Source: Kiritimatiellia bacterium (GTDB taxonomy: Bacteria; Verrucomicrobiota; Kiritimatiellia; RFP12; UBA1067). From it: a stretch of DNA of 54,448 nt. The position numbers and the translations under genes are program-made. The notes beneath the pieces were generated by a model. That model was given only the letters and a program-made list of their open reading frames with translations, did no database searches and had not been told where the DNA came from. The stretch is taken from positions 1 to 54,448 of the forward strand of contig JAFTCL010000019.1 in NCBI GenBank assembly GCA_017454745.1, written 5' to 3'. Below are positions 43,801-51,408 of this stretch, piece after piece. Every line of letters begins with the position of its first letter. Position 1 is the stretch's first letter.

Positions 43801-44111
43801 AACTCGATTCTAACGGTTGCCGTACCCACCGGGTGGACGAGAAAGACGTTGGCAACGAGCTGGGCATTGTAGGAATGAGCGGCAACGTCTGGGAGTGGTG
43901 CCGGGACTGGTACGATGGAGACTATTACTCGCGTTCGCCGGAAACCGATCCCTGCAACACGGCATCGGGCGGTAACCGGGTGTTGCGCGGCGGCGGCTGG
44001 AGCGCCCATGCGGGGGGCTGCCGCTCCGCGTACCGCTACAGGTACGGGCCCGGCCTCCGCGTCTACGACTTCGGCTTCCGCCTCGTCTGCTCCGCAGGAC
44101 CGCGCGAGTGA
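40881..44111 (+). CDS. Receptor-type Ser/Thr protein kinase (kinase 2), the DGR variable protein: kinase, TM, Ala/Glu/Arg-rich coiled coil, C-terminal FGE-sulfatase (C-type lectin fold) domain carrying the VR
   Basis: Kinase motifs as in kinase 1 (HRDIKPSNVVV, DFGLA, TRPYMAPE). TM LWAAAAVAAAGVTAW. FGE domain MVWCPAGSFMMGS...KPAHRVTISKGFWIGKYPVTQAQW...NVWEWCRDWY...RVLRGGGWS...GFRLVCS. The last ~49 codons are the VR. Confidence 0.85.
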   Translation: MDDFYDDRSLRENAAEPEKSFGSENTLVERQILGRIDQYELIRELGGGGFGTVYLARDTVSGVEVAVKGLPPAIKNNLEELENIRANFALVQRLHHPNIAAALVLHQAAAVDYSDAGTRDKLRVLPGETLLVMQYAPGVTLSQWRKQFPGRKVPLEKALDIVSQIASALDYAHSQKIIHRDIKPSNVVVETRADGSAVARILDFGLAAEVHSSMSRISKEVCDVSGTRPYMAPEQWLGRRQGPATDQYALAALFHELVTGEVPFSSVFDTGDPVVMMNVVGREVFAAAPELPKPVRLALCRALAKNPEERFAACGDFAAALGGAKAKPAGGHRLLKGVAALWAAAAVAAAGVTAWQWHARRDAARREAENLARAEYAAETNRLAEAVSKAAATAAAAWNGTEPYRLDPEGLETQLSELSNLWAGVSAEWRPDPDNAAVSLSNRLAEVSAAAEAIASVSAKMKPLSEARERVRLERRRELDARAKEEAAKDAAKRAKEAQERAAELVRLKTRLNIKRSDAEAKMRELDGYRAAPEGLEGRIASADGQWKTLKALPEPESLEQAETALDMADKAETQISLDLAWLRENKAGRDAAKAAVGEISAILRGDAADFNAEKYAAGRYGEAARLREAGDAAFKRGDFAAAGKSLAAAREKFADAAREARDFCVKTRVEAAREYFKAGKWKECIAEADKALEWAPGNDAAARLKKDAEDHLVPTAELAATVDGREVQAEVTEAGRGPRRTPAELGRLTPNGRIGPFKFTHAENGRRYEGTIDELTVDWRGPKRLECRLQERKEPRAGDVKTVIMPGGAAMEMVWCPAGSFMMGSDNGGSDEKPAHRVTISKGFWIGKYPVTQAQWASMYNKLGPITGSSAEPSCFSASGGGKSAVSGMDTSRFPVERVSWDDCDQMVELLNRAQSECVFALPTEAQWEYAARGGPLSRGYTYSGGNYLDRLGWYYENSGRGRLDESDWDVKKLDSNGCRTHRVDEKDVGNELGIVGMSGNVWEWCRDWYDGDYYSRSPETDPCNTASGGNRVLRGGGWSAHAGGCRSAYRYRYGPGLRVYDFGFRLVCSAGPRE
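43960..44106 (+). repeat. DGR variable repeat (VR), 147 bp, at the 3' end of kinase 2
   Basis: Aligns gap-free with 45254-45400. All ~21 internal mismatches fall at positions where the TR has adenine. Confidence 0.85.
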
Positions 44112-44146
44112 AGGGGCGGAGCGAAGATGGGGCTGCGGGCCAGGCG

Positions 44147-44163
44147 GCCCCCGCGGAGCGGGG
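44147..44163 (+). other. GC hairpin downstream of the VR (7-bp stem cccccgc/gcggggg, 3-nt loop), candidate DGR homing hairpin
   Basis: Perfect inverted repeat read directly, ~40 bp 3' of the VR end. Position and GC-rich stem resemble the hairpin required for efficient homing in the Bordetella phage DGR. Confidence 0.5.
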
Positions 44164-44268
44164 GTGCGCGGAGCGCAAGCGGGCCGCAGCTAAGGCACCT
44201 GGGACATTGGCGGGACGCGCGACCATTGGCGGGGGTTTTCAACGGGAGTTGGCATTGGGTTTTGCAAC

Positions 44269-45540
44269 ATGAAAAGAATCGGATGGGTATTGGGGCGGAT
44301 TCTGGATCCGGACAACCTGCGGCTCGCCTTCTGGAAGGCGAGCCGGGGCAAGCGCCACCGCGCCGACCAGCGCGAATGGCAGGATTCCCTTGAAGAGCGG
44401 ATCGAGGAATTGCGCATGGGTATCGAGAACCTAACGTACCCGGTTGGAGAATACCGGCGGTTCACAATTTACGAGCCGAAGGAGCGGGAAATCTGCGCGG
44501 CGGCGTTCGGCGAGCGGGTGCTTCACCACGCGATCATGAACATCTGCGAGCCGTATTTCGACCGCTGGCTGGTTGCCGACACTTTCGCGTGCCGCAAGGG
44601 AAAGGGGCAGTCCGCTGCGGTGGACCGGGCGGCGCACTTTGCTCGGCACCACGAATGGTTCATGAAGTGCGACTTCAGGAAGTATTTCGACTCCATCCCG
44701 CACGATGGGGTACGGCGGATGCTGGAACGCCGTTTCAAGGATCCCGGACTTTTGGAGTGGTTCTGGCGGATAGTCGGCGCTTACGAGAAGACACCGGGGC
44801 GCGGGGTACCAATCGGGAACCTGACCAGCCAGCATCTGGCAAACCTGTATCTGGACCCGCTTGACAGGATGCCGCGGTTTGGCTGTGGCTACGTGCGCTA
44901 CATGGACGATTTCGTGTTTTGGGCAGACCGCAAGGAGACGCTGCTAGAGTTGCGGAGGCGTGTCTCCGATTTTTCGGGGGAGACGCTTGGCTTGGAGCTG
45001 AAGCGCGAACCGTTTATAAACCGTACCGCCGCCGGAATGGAGTTTTTGGGCATGCGTATCTACCGCAGCGCCGTGTACCTGTCGCGCCGAAGCCGCGTCC
45101 GCTATGGGCGTAAAGTCCGGGCCTGCGAGAGGCTTTTTGAGAAAGGGGAGCTGTGCGAGGCGGAGCTGCAGCGCCGGGTCACGTCGCTCACGGCGTTTGT
45201 CTCGGGCGCGGATTCCCTGGTATGGCGAAGACACAATTTGGCAGTCCGCGAGGGGCATCGGGCGATAACCGGGTGTTGCGCGGCGGCAGCTGGAACAACC
45301 ATGCGGAGAACTGCCGCTCCGCGAACCGCAACAGGAACAAGCCCGGCAACCGCAACAACAACAACGGCTTCCGCCTCGTCTGCTCCGCAGCACCGCAGGA
45401 CAGAACTCCGCGCGGTCCCCGCGGGCGGCCGGATCCCGTGCTATGGGACAAATTCATCCCTCCGCCCGGACGCAAGTAGCGGCGCCGAAAGTTTCCGGGC
45501 GGAATCCATTTCCGTTGGAGGGGCGGGACAATGCAGATAA
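44269..45540 (+). CDS. DGR reverse transcriptase
   Basis: RT motifs ICAAAFGERVLHHAIMN, FACRKGKGQSAA, KCDFRKYFDSIPH, YVRYMDDFVFWAD (YxDD), as in DGR RTs such as Bordetella phage Brt. The RT-like portion is ~330 aa. The ORF then continues in another frame across the TR to 45540 without a stop, so the true C-terminus is uncertain. Confidence 0.85.
   Translation: MKRIGWVLGRILDPDNLRLAFWKASRGKRHRADQREWQDSLEERIEELRMGIENLTYPVGEYRRFTIYEPKEREICAAAFGERVLHHAIMNICEPYFDRWLVADTFACRKGKGQSAAVDRAAHFARHHEWFMKCDFRKYFDSIPHDGVRRMLERRFKDPGLLEWFWRIVGAYEKTPGRGVPIGNLTSQHLANLYLDPLDRMPRFGCGYVRYMDDFVFWADRKETLLELRRRVSDFSGETLGLELKREPFINRTAAGMEFLGMRIYRSAVYLSRRSRVRYGRKVRACERLFEKGELCEAELQRRVTSLTAFVSGADSLVWRRHNLAVREGHRAITGCCAAAAGTTMRRTAAPRTATGTSPATATTTTASASSAPQHRRTELRAVPAGGRIPCYGTNSSLRPDASSGAESFRAESISVGGAGQCR
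45254..45400 (+). repeat. DGR template repeat (TR), 147 bp
   Basis: Adenine-rich (about 33 A). Read in the target frame it has many AAC codons (NRNRNKPGNRNNNNGFRLV). Identical to the VR at all non-A positions. The 3' ends diverge (TR ...ctccgcagcaccgcaggac vs VR ...ctccgcaggaccgcgcgag), as expected for IMH*/IMH. Confidence 0.85.
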
Positions 45541-45950
45541 GCACGTTTTTCGTTCCTTTGGCGGATGACGGGCGGGCGCAAGACGATTTAAACTCGTTCC
45601 TGCGCGGGCGGAGAGTCCTGAAGGTCGGCGAGGCGTTTGCCGGCAACGGCTGGGCGTTTTGCGTGGAGTGGCTTGAGGAAGGCGCGTACGTCCGGGACGG
45701 GCGACAGTCGCAACGGCGGGTGGATTACCGCGAGGTGCTGGAGCCGGCGGTTTTCGAACGGTTTGCGAAGCTGCGGGAGCGGCGCAAGGCGATTGCCGCA
45801 GAGGACGGGGTGCCGCCGTATATGGTGATGACCGACGCGCAGATGGCCGAGGCCGCCAAGCCTGAAAGGCTGACGGCTGAAGTGCTTAAGGCAATCGAGG
45901 GATTCGGTGAGGCAAGGCTAAAAAAATACGGCGAACGGATCATGGCGTGA
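45531..45950 (+). CDS. DGR accessory protein with a C-terminal HRDC domain
   Basis: VFERFAKLRERRKAIAAEDGVPPYMVMTDAQMAEAAKPERLTAEVLKAIEGFGEARLKKYGERI is a textbook HRDC sequence. Start overlaps the end of the RT ORF. Confidence 0.7.
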   Translation: MQISTFFVPLADDGRAQDDLNSFLRGRRVLKVGEAFAGNGWAFCVEWLEEGAYVRDGRQSQRRVDYREVLEPAVFERFAKLRERRKAIAAEDGVPPYMVMTDAQMAEAAKPERLTAEVLKAIEGFGEARLKKYGERIMA

Positions 45951-45994
45951 TTCGCCGTGCGGGAAAATATGCGGCAAGGTATGGGGGCGATGCG

Positions 45995-48900
45995 ATGGAC
46001 GACTTTGGCGATGACAGGACTTTGAGGAATAATGCGGCGGAGCCGGAAAAGTCATTCGGCAGCGAGAAGACGCTGGCCGGACGGCAATTTCTGGGCCGCA
46101 TCGACCAGTACGAGCTGATTCGCGAGCTGGGAGGCGGCGGGTTCGGCACGGTCTATCTGGCTCGGGACACCGTTTCCGGGGTGGAGGTGGCGGTCAAAGG
46201 GTTACCCCCAGTAATCAAAAACAGCGCGGAGGATCTTGAGAACATCCGCGCCAACTTTTTGCTGGTGCAACGTTTGCACCATCCTAACATTGCCGCCGCG
46301 CTTACGCTGCATCCGGCGAGTCGCGTAGAATACTCTGACAACGCTACGCGGGAGAAACTGCGCGTTCTGTCCGGCGAGACGCTGCTGGTTATGCAGTATG
46401 CGCCGGGTGTGACGCTTTCGCAGTGGCGCAAACAGTTCCCGGACCGCAAGGTGCCGTTGGAAAAGGCGCTGGATATCACCAGTCAGGTTGCCTCGGCACT
46501 GGATTACGCGCACAGGCAGAAAATCATCCACCGCGACATCAAGCCGTCAAACGTGATGGTGGAGACCCAACCTGACGGTTCGATAGTAGCACGGGTGTTG
46601 GATTTTGGTTTGGCGGCGGAGATACGCTCATCGATGGGGCGTATTAGTCGTGAAGTCCGCGACACTTCCGGTACTCGCCCCTACATGGCACCAGAACAGT
46701 GGCAGGGCGAAAAGCAAGGCCCGGCCACCGACCAGTACGCGCTGGCGGCGATGTTTTACGAACTGGTCACCGGTGAGGTCCCCTTTTCCTCGGCTTTCGA
46801 TTGCGGCGACCCTATGGTAATGATGGTGACGGTAACCACCCGCCAGGCAAAAATCCCCGGTAGTTTGCCCAAGCCGGTTTGCGTCGCGTTGGCGAGAGCG
46901 CTGGCGAAAAAGCCGGAGGAGCGTTTTGCGTCCTGCGGCGATTTTGCCGATGCATTGGATGGGAAAAGGGTAAAGCCTATTTCCTCCTGCCGTCGCAAAC
47001 GCCCCTTGCTGAAATGGCTTGCCGCGCTTTATGCCGCTGCGGCGGTGGCCGCTGGTGTTATAACGGTTTGGCAATGGAACATCAAGCGTGAGGCAGCCAA
47101 AGCCGCCGCGGAAATGATGGTGCGGGAGGCAGAGGAAAATATAAAGCATCATGTATACGAGCTTAAGGGCAAAGCAGGCAAATGCCGTGACGCTAGCAAT
47201 CGTGAGGAGTGGCAGTCATGGGAATTGTTCAAAGACAAGGCAAATGATTTGGATATTGCGTTTAGGGCGGGAGAATCGGCTTTTGAAAAAAATGATTTCC
47301 CGGCGGCAAAAGATCAGTTCACTAAAGTAAGTGATATATGGGAATGGTTAGTTTCAAACAAAACCGCCAGAACTAAAGCGGTTGACGCTCGTGATGCGGC
47401 AGACGCGGCTCGAAAATCCGCCGCTGCCGCCAATGCTAGCAAATTTTCTGTCAATGAGAATGCTCAAGCGGACGAGATTTTTAAACGTGCAGAGAAATCA
47501 TTCACACAAGGGTTATTCGGGGACGCAGAAATTACTTTTGGCAACGCAAGAACTGCTTATGACAGGGCGACGGAACTTGCAAATGTGGAAATTGCGCGGC
47601 GTGCGGAGGCCGAACGTGTCGCTGAGGCGGAAAGACTAGCAGAAATAGAAGCTGCCAATAAGGCCAGAGCGGAAAAGGAACGAAAAATTCGTGAAGAGAA
47701 CGAACGTATTGCCGCAGAAAAAAAAGCAGAGGAGGAACGTAAAGAAAGAAAAATCGTAGAGGGTAGGAAGGCCAACCGTAAAATCATTGATCTTTTCAAA
47801 GCGGATAAATGGGACGAGGGGTTTGCGTGTATTGCGAATGCCTTTGAAGACGATCCCGAACTTGATTATCAGCTTGGTAGAGCTTATTCAACGGATTATA
47901 AACGCCGTAACTATTTGACAGCGCGGGAATACTTCCGGAAAGCGTCAAAAAGAATGCAAATTCGGCAGGAAGAAATCGAAAAGGTGGAGGAAGAGGCGCT
48001 TTTTGAATTAGTTAGCAAATGTCGTTTGGAAGAGGTTAAAGCGGAAATCAACGTTTCAACGCCATATCTTTCTTTGTCGCATGACGGGTACACATTGATG
48101 CACCATGCCGCCCATAAACGCGACCATGTGTTTTTGGAGTATCTAAATTCACTCGGACATTCTGTGAATGCATCGTCTGGTACAACCGGGAAGACTCCGC
48201 TTTTTTACGCATGCGCAAATACCAATCGAGCCGATTCCCTTGATTGCATTGATTGGCTTTTGTCACACGGATCAGACTGTAATGTTCGCGTTAAATCAGG
48301 ATCTGAAGTAGGCAAATCGCCAATTTTCCATGCTAGGGATGTTAATGCCTTCAAACGTCTTTTGCAAGCGGGGGCAAGTGTCGATGTAGTGGATGGCTTG
48401 GGTAGAACCATATTGCACGAGTTGGCACAATATTCAGATGATGCCGAACTGATAAGTTACGCTGTGGATAAGTGTCGCGGAAAAATCAATTCCCTTTCCA
48501 ATATTGGGGAAAGTGTAGTACATAGCGCGATAGGCATCTCTCATTTCAATCCTGATGTGCTCGATGTTCTACTTAAACATGGGGCAAAAGCCGATGCGGT
48601 TATTGGCGGAAACGGTTCGGATGCAGGTTTTGCGCCAATCCACAAAGCAATATATTGGATGTATCCCAAAGCCGTGGAAAGGCTGGCAGATTACGGCGTG
48701 GATGTCAATCAGCGTGTTGGAGACAGTAATAAGTTTTTTCATGGGTTTAGTTCAATACAACTTTTGGCAAGAAAAGGATGGCATCGTGACAATGATCAAG
48801 AGGTCAATGCAGTGGTGAAGACACTGGTTAAACATGGCGCAGACATAAACGAACATTGCAAAGGGTTTTATTCTGGCGAATATTTGATGTTTGAGGGATA

Positions 48901-49705
48901 TACCCCTTTACACATTGCAAGCGAATCTAGCAATGCTGAACTCGTGTCCGCTTTGATAGACAATGGAGCAAATTTAGAGGCAACTGATGCAAACGGGGCA
49001 ACAGCACTCTATCTTGCATGCACAGAGTATGGTATTGACGAAAGAACTATGAACATAATAAAAATTCTACTCCGGCGCGGCGCAAACCCGAACGTGGCCG
49101 ACAAGACTGGTAAAAAGCTTTTGGATGCCGTAAAGAATGCCGATGTGAAGAAACTGCTTCTGGACGCGGCAGGGCTGCGCGGCAACGTTGCGCTTGGCAA
49201 TGTACAACGGGAAAACGGAATACAGAACCAAACCGACAAGACTCGGCAGGTAACGGAAATTGCGTTAAAAGCATTCGCGGCAGGTAATTGGGATGATGGT
49301 ATAAAGCTGTCGAAGCAAGGCGATGAAACTGACCCTCGGTTGCAATACTGGCGCGGCTATTGCGCTGAGAAGGGAATCGGAGAAGCAACCGACGAGAAAA
49401 AAGCGGCGCAGCTCTACCTTCAGTCTGCGAACGGCGGTTGTGCAGAGGCGCAGCATCGTTACGGGCTGATGTGTTTCATAGGTCGGGTCGTGGAGAGAAA
49501 TTTAGGTGAAGCGATGCGCTGGAATGAGAAAGCAGCTGAACATGGGAATGTCAAAGCGCAAAAGTTTCTCGCAATACAGTGGGATGGCGGGCATTCAGTC
49601 CCGCGCAATGAAGAAAAGGCTGTCAAATGGTACCGTCTAGCCGCCAAGAATGGGGATGAGGAAGCAAAAAAATGGTTGCAAAACAAAACAATCGGTTTGA
49701 ACTAG
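45995..49705 (+). CDS. Receptor-type Ser/Thr protein kinase (kinase 3): kinase, TM, coiled coil, ankyrin repeats, C-terminal Sel1 repeats
   Basis: N-terminal ~330 aa nearly identical to kinase 2 (MDDFGDDRTLRNNAAEPEKSFGSE...GRIDQYELIRELGGGGFGTVYLARDTVSGVEVAVKGLPP). TM LAALYAAAAVAAGVITVW. Ankyrin-like TPLHIA / GATALYLAC units. Three or more Sel1-like units at the end. Start at the ATG at 45995 by analogy with kinase 2. Confidence 0.8.
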   Translation: MDDFGDDRTLRNNAAEPEKSFGSEKTLAGRQFLGRIDQYELIRELGGGGFGTVYLARDTVSGVEVAVKGLPPVIKNSAEDLENIRANFLLVQRLHHPNIAAALTLHPASRVEYSDNATREKLRVLSGETLLVMQYAPGVTLSQWRKQFPDRKVPLEKALDITSQVASALDYAHRQKIIHRDIKPSNVMVETQPDGSIVARVLDFGLAAEIRSSMGRISREVRDTSGTRPYMAPEQWQGEKQGPATDQYALAAMFYELVTGEVPFSSAFDCGDPMVMMVTVTTRQAKIPGSLPKPVCVALARALAKKPEERFASCGDFADALDGKRVKPISSCRRKRPLLKWLAALYAAAAVAAGVITVWQWNIKREAAKAAAEMMVREAEENIKHHVYELKGKAGKCRDASNREEWQSWELFKDKANDLDIAFRAGESAFEKNDFPAAKDQFTKVSDIWEWLVSNKTARTKAVDARDAADAARKSAAAANASKFSVNENAQADEIFKRAEKSFTQGLFGDAEITFGNARTAYDRATELANVEIARRAEAERVAEAERLAEIEAANKARAEKERKIREENERIAAEKKAEEERKERKIVEGRKANRKIIDLFKADKWDEGFACIANAFEDDPELDYQLGRAYSTDYKRRNYLTAREYFRKASKRMQIRQEEIEKVEEEALFELVSKCRLEEVKAEINVSTPYLSLSHDGYTLMHHAAHKRDHVFLEYLNSLGHSVNASSGTTGKTPLFYACANTNRADSLDCIDWLLSHGSDCNVRVKSGSEVGKSPIFHARDVNAFKRLLQAGASVDVVDGLGRTILHELAQYSDDAELISYAVDKCRGKINSLSNIGESVVHSAIGISHFNPDVLDVLLKHGAKADAVIGGNGSDAGFAPIHKAIYWMYPKAVERLADYGVDVNQRVGDSNKFFHGFSSIQLLARKGWHRDNDQEVNAVVKTLVKHGADINEHCKGFYSGEYLMFEGYTPLHIASESSNAELVSALIDNGANLEATDANGATALYLACTEYGIDERTMNIIKILLRRGANPNVADKTGKKLLDAVKNADVKKLLLDAAGLRGNVALGNVQRENGIQNQTDKTRQVTEIALKAFAAGNWDDGIKLSKQGDETDPRLQYWRGYCAEKGIGEATDEKKAAQLYLQSANGGCAEAQHRYGLMCFIGRVVERNLGEAMRWNEKAAEHGNVKAQKFLAIQWDGGHSVPRNEEKAVKWYRLAAKNGDEEAKKWLQNKTIGLN

Positions 49706-49777
49706 CAGGATTCTGTTTGCCGTCTGCAGGCGAATCGAGGATAATAACGGAAGAAGAATACCAAAGGAAAATCAAGC

Positions 49778-50449
49778 GTGAAAATACGAAATAATCCCAT
49801 GGCAATGTTGTCAATCCTCCAGATGGTGCTAGCCGCGATTTTATGGAATGGTTGCTGCTCTTATCTGTTCGAAGGGTATCCTTTGACCGAAGTGAATAAC
49901 ATCCCTGCATTGAGGTATCGCGTAGATAAGGTTATGTTGCGGTATGGTGCAAGTTTTCCCTGCCAGACGGCATTTGCCGACCACAATATCACACTTGATG
50001 ATTTCATCAGACTGCGTCCGGACGTGTTTGGCAAAGACGGCTCATGCGTACCGATTACCGTTCGTCTGCGGGTGCTTGATGCCAAAGAATCAAATCCAGC
50101 AGTTCCTATACTATGTTCTATTTTTTCACTTACCCTAGTGCCGTTATGGTACGAATGGAATGATGTCCATGAAGTTACGGTGGCACTCGCGGGTGACGAG
50201 AAATTGTCACATAAGGGTCAACTGAAAAATATGTACAGTATTAGAATGTCTTGCTATTTTCCCACGGGTTTTATTCGCCGGTCTCACCATAATGAATGCG
50301 TTTTTTATGATGGCGGGAGAGTGTTTTCTGTTTACGGCACATATTTTGACCAGAGTGCCAACGAGAAAAACCTAGATGTGATTCGAAGGACATTGGTCGA
50401 AGAAGTGGTAAGAATACTTGGAGACATGGAAAGGAGTCGTATTAAATGA
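49778..50449 (+). CDS. Hypothetical secreted/lipoprotein
   Basis: N-terminal hydrophobic signal with Cys (ILWNGCC). Shares a motif series (FEGY..RY...VFGKDG..IPI) with the next gene. Confidence 0.4.
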   Translation: MKIRNNPMAMLSILQMVLAAILWNGCCSYLFEGYPLTEVNNIPALRYRVDKVMLRYGASFPCQTAFADHNITLDDFIRLRPDVFGKDGSCVPITVRLRVLDAKESNPAVPILCSIFSLTLVPLWYEWNDVHEVTVALAGDEKLSHKGQLKNMYSIRMSCYFPTGFIRRSHHNECVFYDGGRVFSVYGTYFDQSANEKNLDVIRRTLVEEVVRILGDMERSRIK

Positions 50450-51342
50450 AGTCAGCGAAAAGAATTCTGTTTTTTTCGATATTAGTCAATTCGCTGTGTG
50501 GGTGCATGACCGTTCGTTTTGAAGGATATTCACAATTTCGCAATATAAGTGACGAAACAGTAAATCGTTACCGTATCATGCTATTGGAGATTAATATGGC
50601 GCCACTAGAAAAAAATTTTACGCCGGCAACTCCCATACCCCGGTTAGTCGGAGCGTTGCCAGAAGAGGATATAAACGCTTGGGCGGTTCGACTTATGCCC
50701 AAAGTTTTCTCTACCGACGGCAATGCCATTCCCATACGAATCACAGTGGACAATCCGGTCAATAATCATGATCTTGACCATATTTCCAAGGTTATCCTTT
50801 CCGGGTTGCTTCCGCACTCATATTATTCTGAGTCTACATGTAAGGTAGATGTTGAAGCTTTTGGCGTATGCAAAGAGACAGAAATTTCTTTGATATCTGC
50901 AATTGATCAATTCAGTATAATCTCGTCCGGTCGCCCAATCTTTAAGGAATCGATTGCAACTTTCGAAAAGACGGGATTCGCAATGAAAGCGAATGCCGTT
51001 ACAGAAAATGCAGTAGAAGTGTTTGCGAGAACTATAGTTCCTGCCGTCGCTGCGATCCTCAAACAAAACGAGCAGTCGGGTATTTACTTTAAGGCGAGAA
51101 ACGACCTTAAGCCGGATGTCAACAAAGCGGAGGAGTTCAGGTTGCTTTTGGAAAAAGGTTTAATCGATAAACCGGAATACGAGCGTTCCATAATTCGTTA
51201 TGCAGAATTGTACGATCCATCGCGAGTTGCTGTCGAATTTAAGATGCTCTGCGAAAATGGGGTAATATCTTTTGACGAATACAAAAACGAGGTCATTAAA
51301 TGTTTTAACGCTGAATTAGAAAAATCCCATGTCTATGAGTAA
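50446..51342 (+). CDS. Hypothetical lipoprotein, paralog of 49778-50449
   Basis: Lipobox SLCGC. Paralogous N-domain (VRFEGY...RYRI...KVFSTDGNAIPIRI). ATGA overlap with the upstream gene. Confidence 0.45.
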   Translation: MKSAKRILFFSILVNSLCGCMTVRFEGYSQFRNISDETVNRYRIMLLEINMAPLEKNFTPATPIPRLVGALPEEDINAWAVRLMPKVFSTDGNAIPIRITVDNPVNNHDLDHISKVILSGLLPHSYYSESTCKVDVEAFGVCKETEISLISAIDQFSIISSGRPIFKESIATFEKTGFAMKANAVTENAVEVFARTIVPAVAAILKQNEQSGIYFKARNDLKPDVNKAEEFRLLLEKGLIDKPEYERSIIRYAELYDPSRVAVEFKMLCENGVISFDEYKNEVIKCFNAELEKSHVYE

Positions 51343-51408
51343 TAGTGTGCTGACAAAGGTTTTTGCGTTTGGTTTGCTGATTGCAAAACCACAAGGAAAG
51401 GTACGGTT

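Larger units (their letters stand above)
43960..45950 (+). mobile_element. Diversity-generating retroelement cassette (VR - hairpin - RT - TR - HRDC accessory)
   Basis: See component features. Confidence 0.85.

Noticed and set aside
45153-45479. 108-aa + strand ORF (…NRVLRGGSWNNHAENCRSANRNRNKPGNRNNNNGFRLVCS…)
   Set aside because: This is the DGR template repeat read in the target's frame, a non-coding copy of the FGE domain tip, not an independent gene. It is annotated as the TR instead
35898-49705. Additional VRs in kinase 1 or kinase 3 that could be retargeted by the same TR
   Set aside because: Neither gene ends in an FGE/CLec domain. By eye I found no segment resembling ggcttccgcctcgtctgctccgcag near their 3' ends. 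An exhaustive search needs an alignment tool
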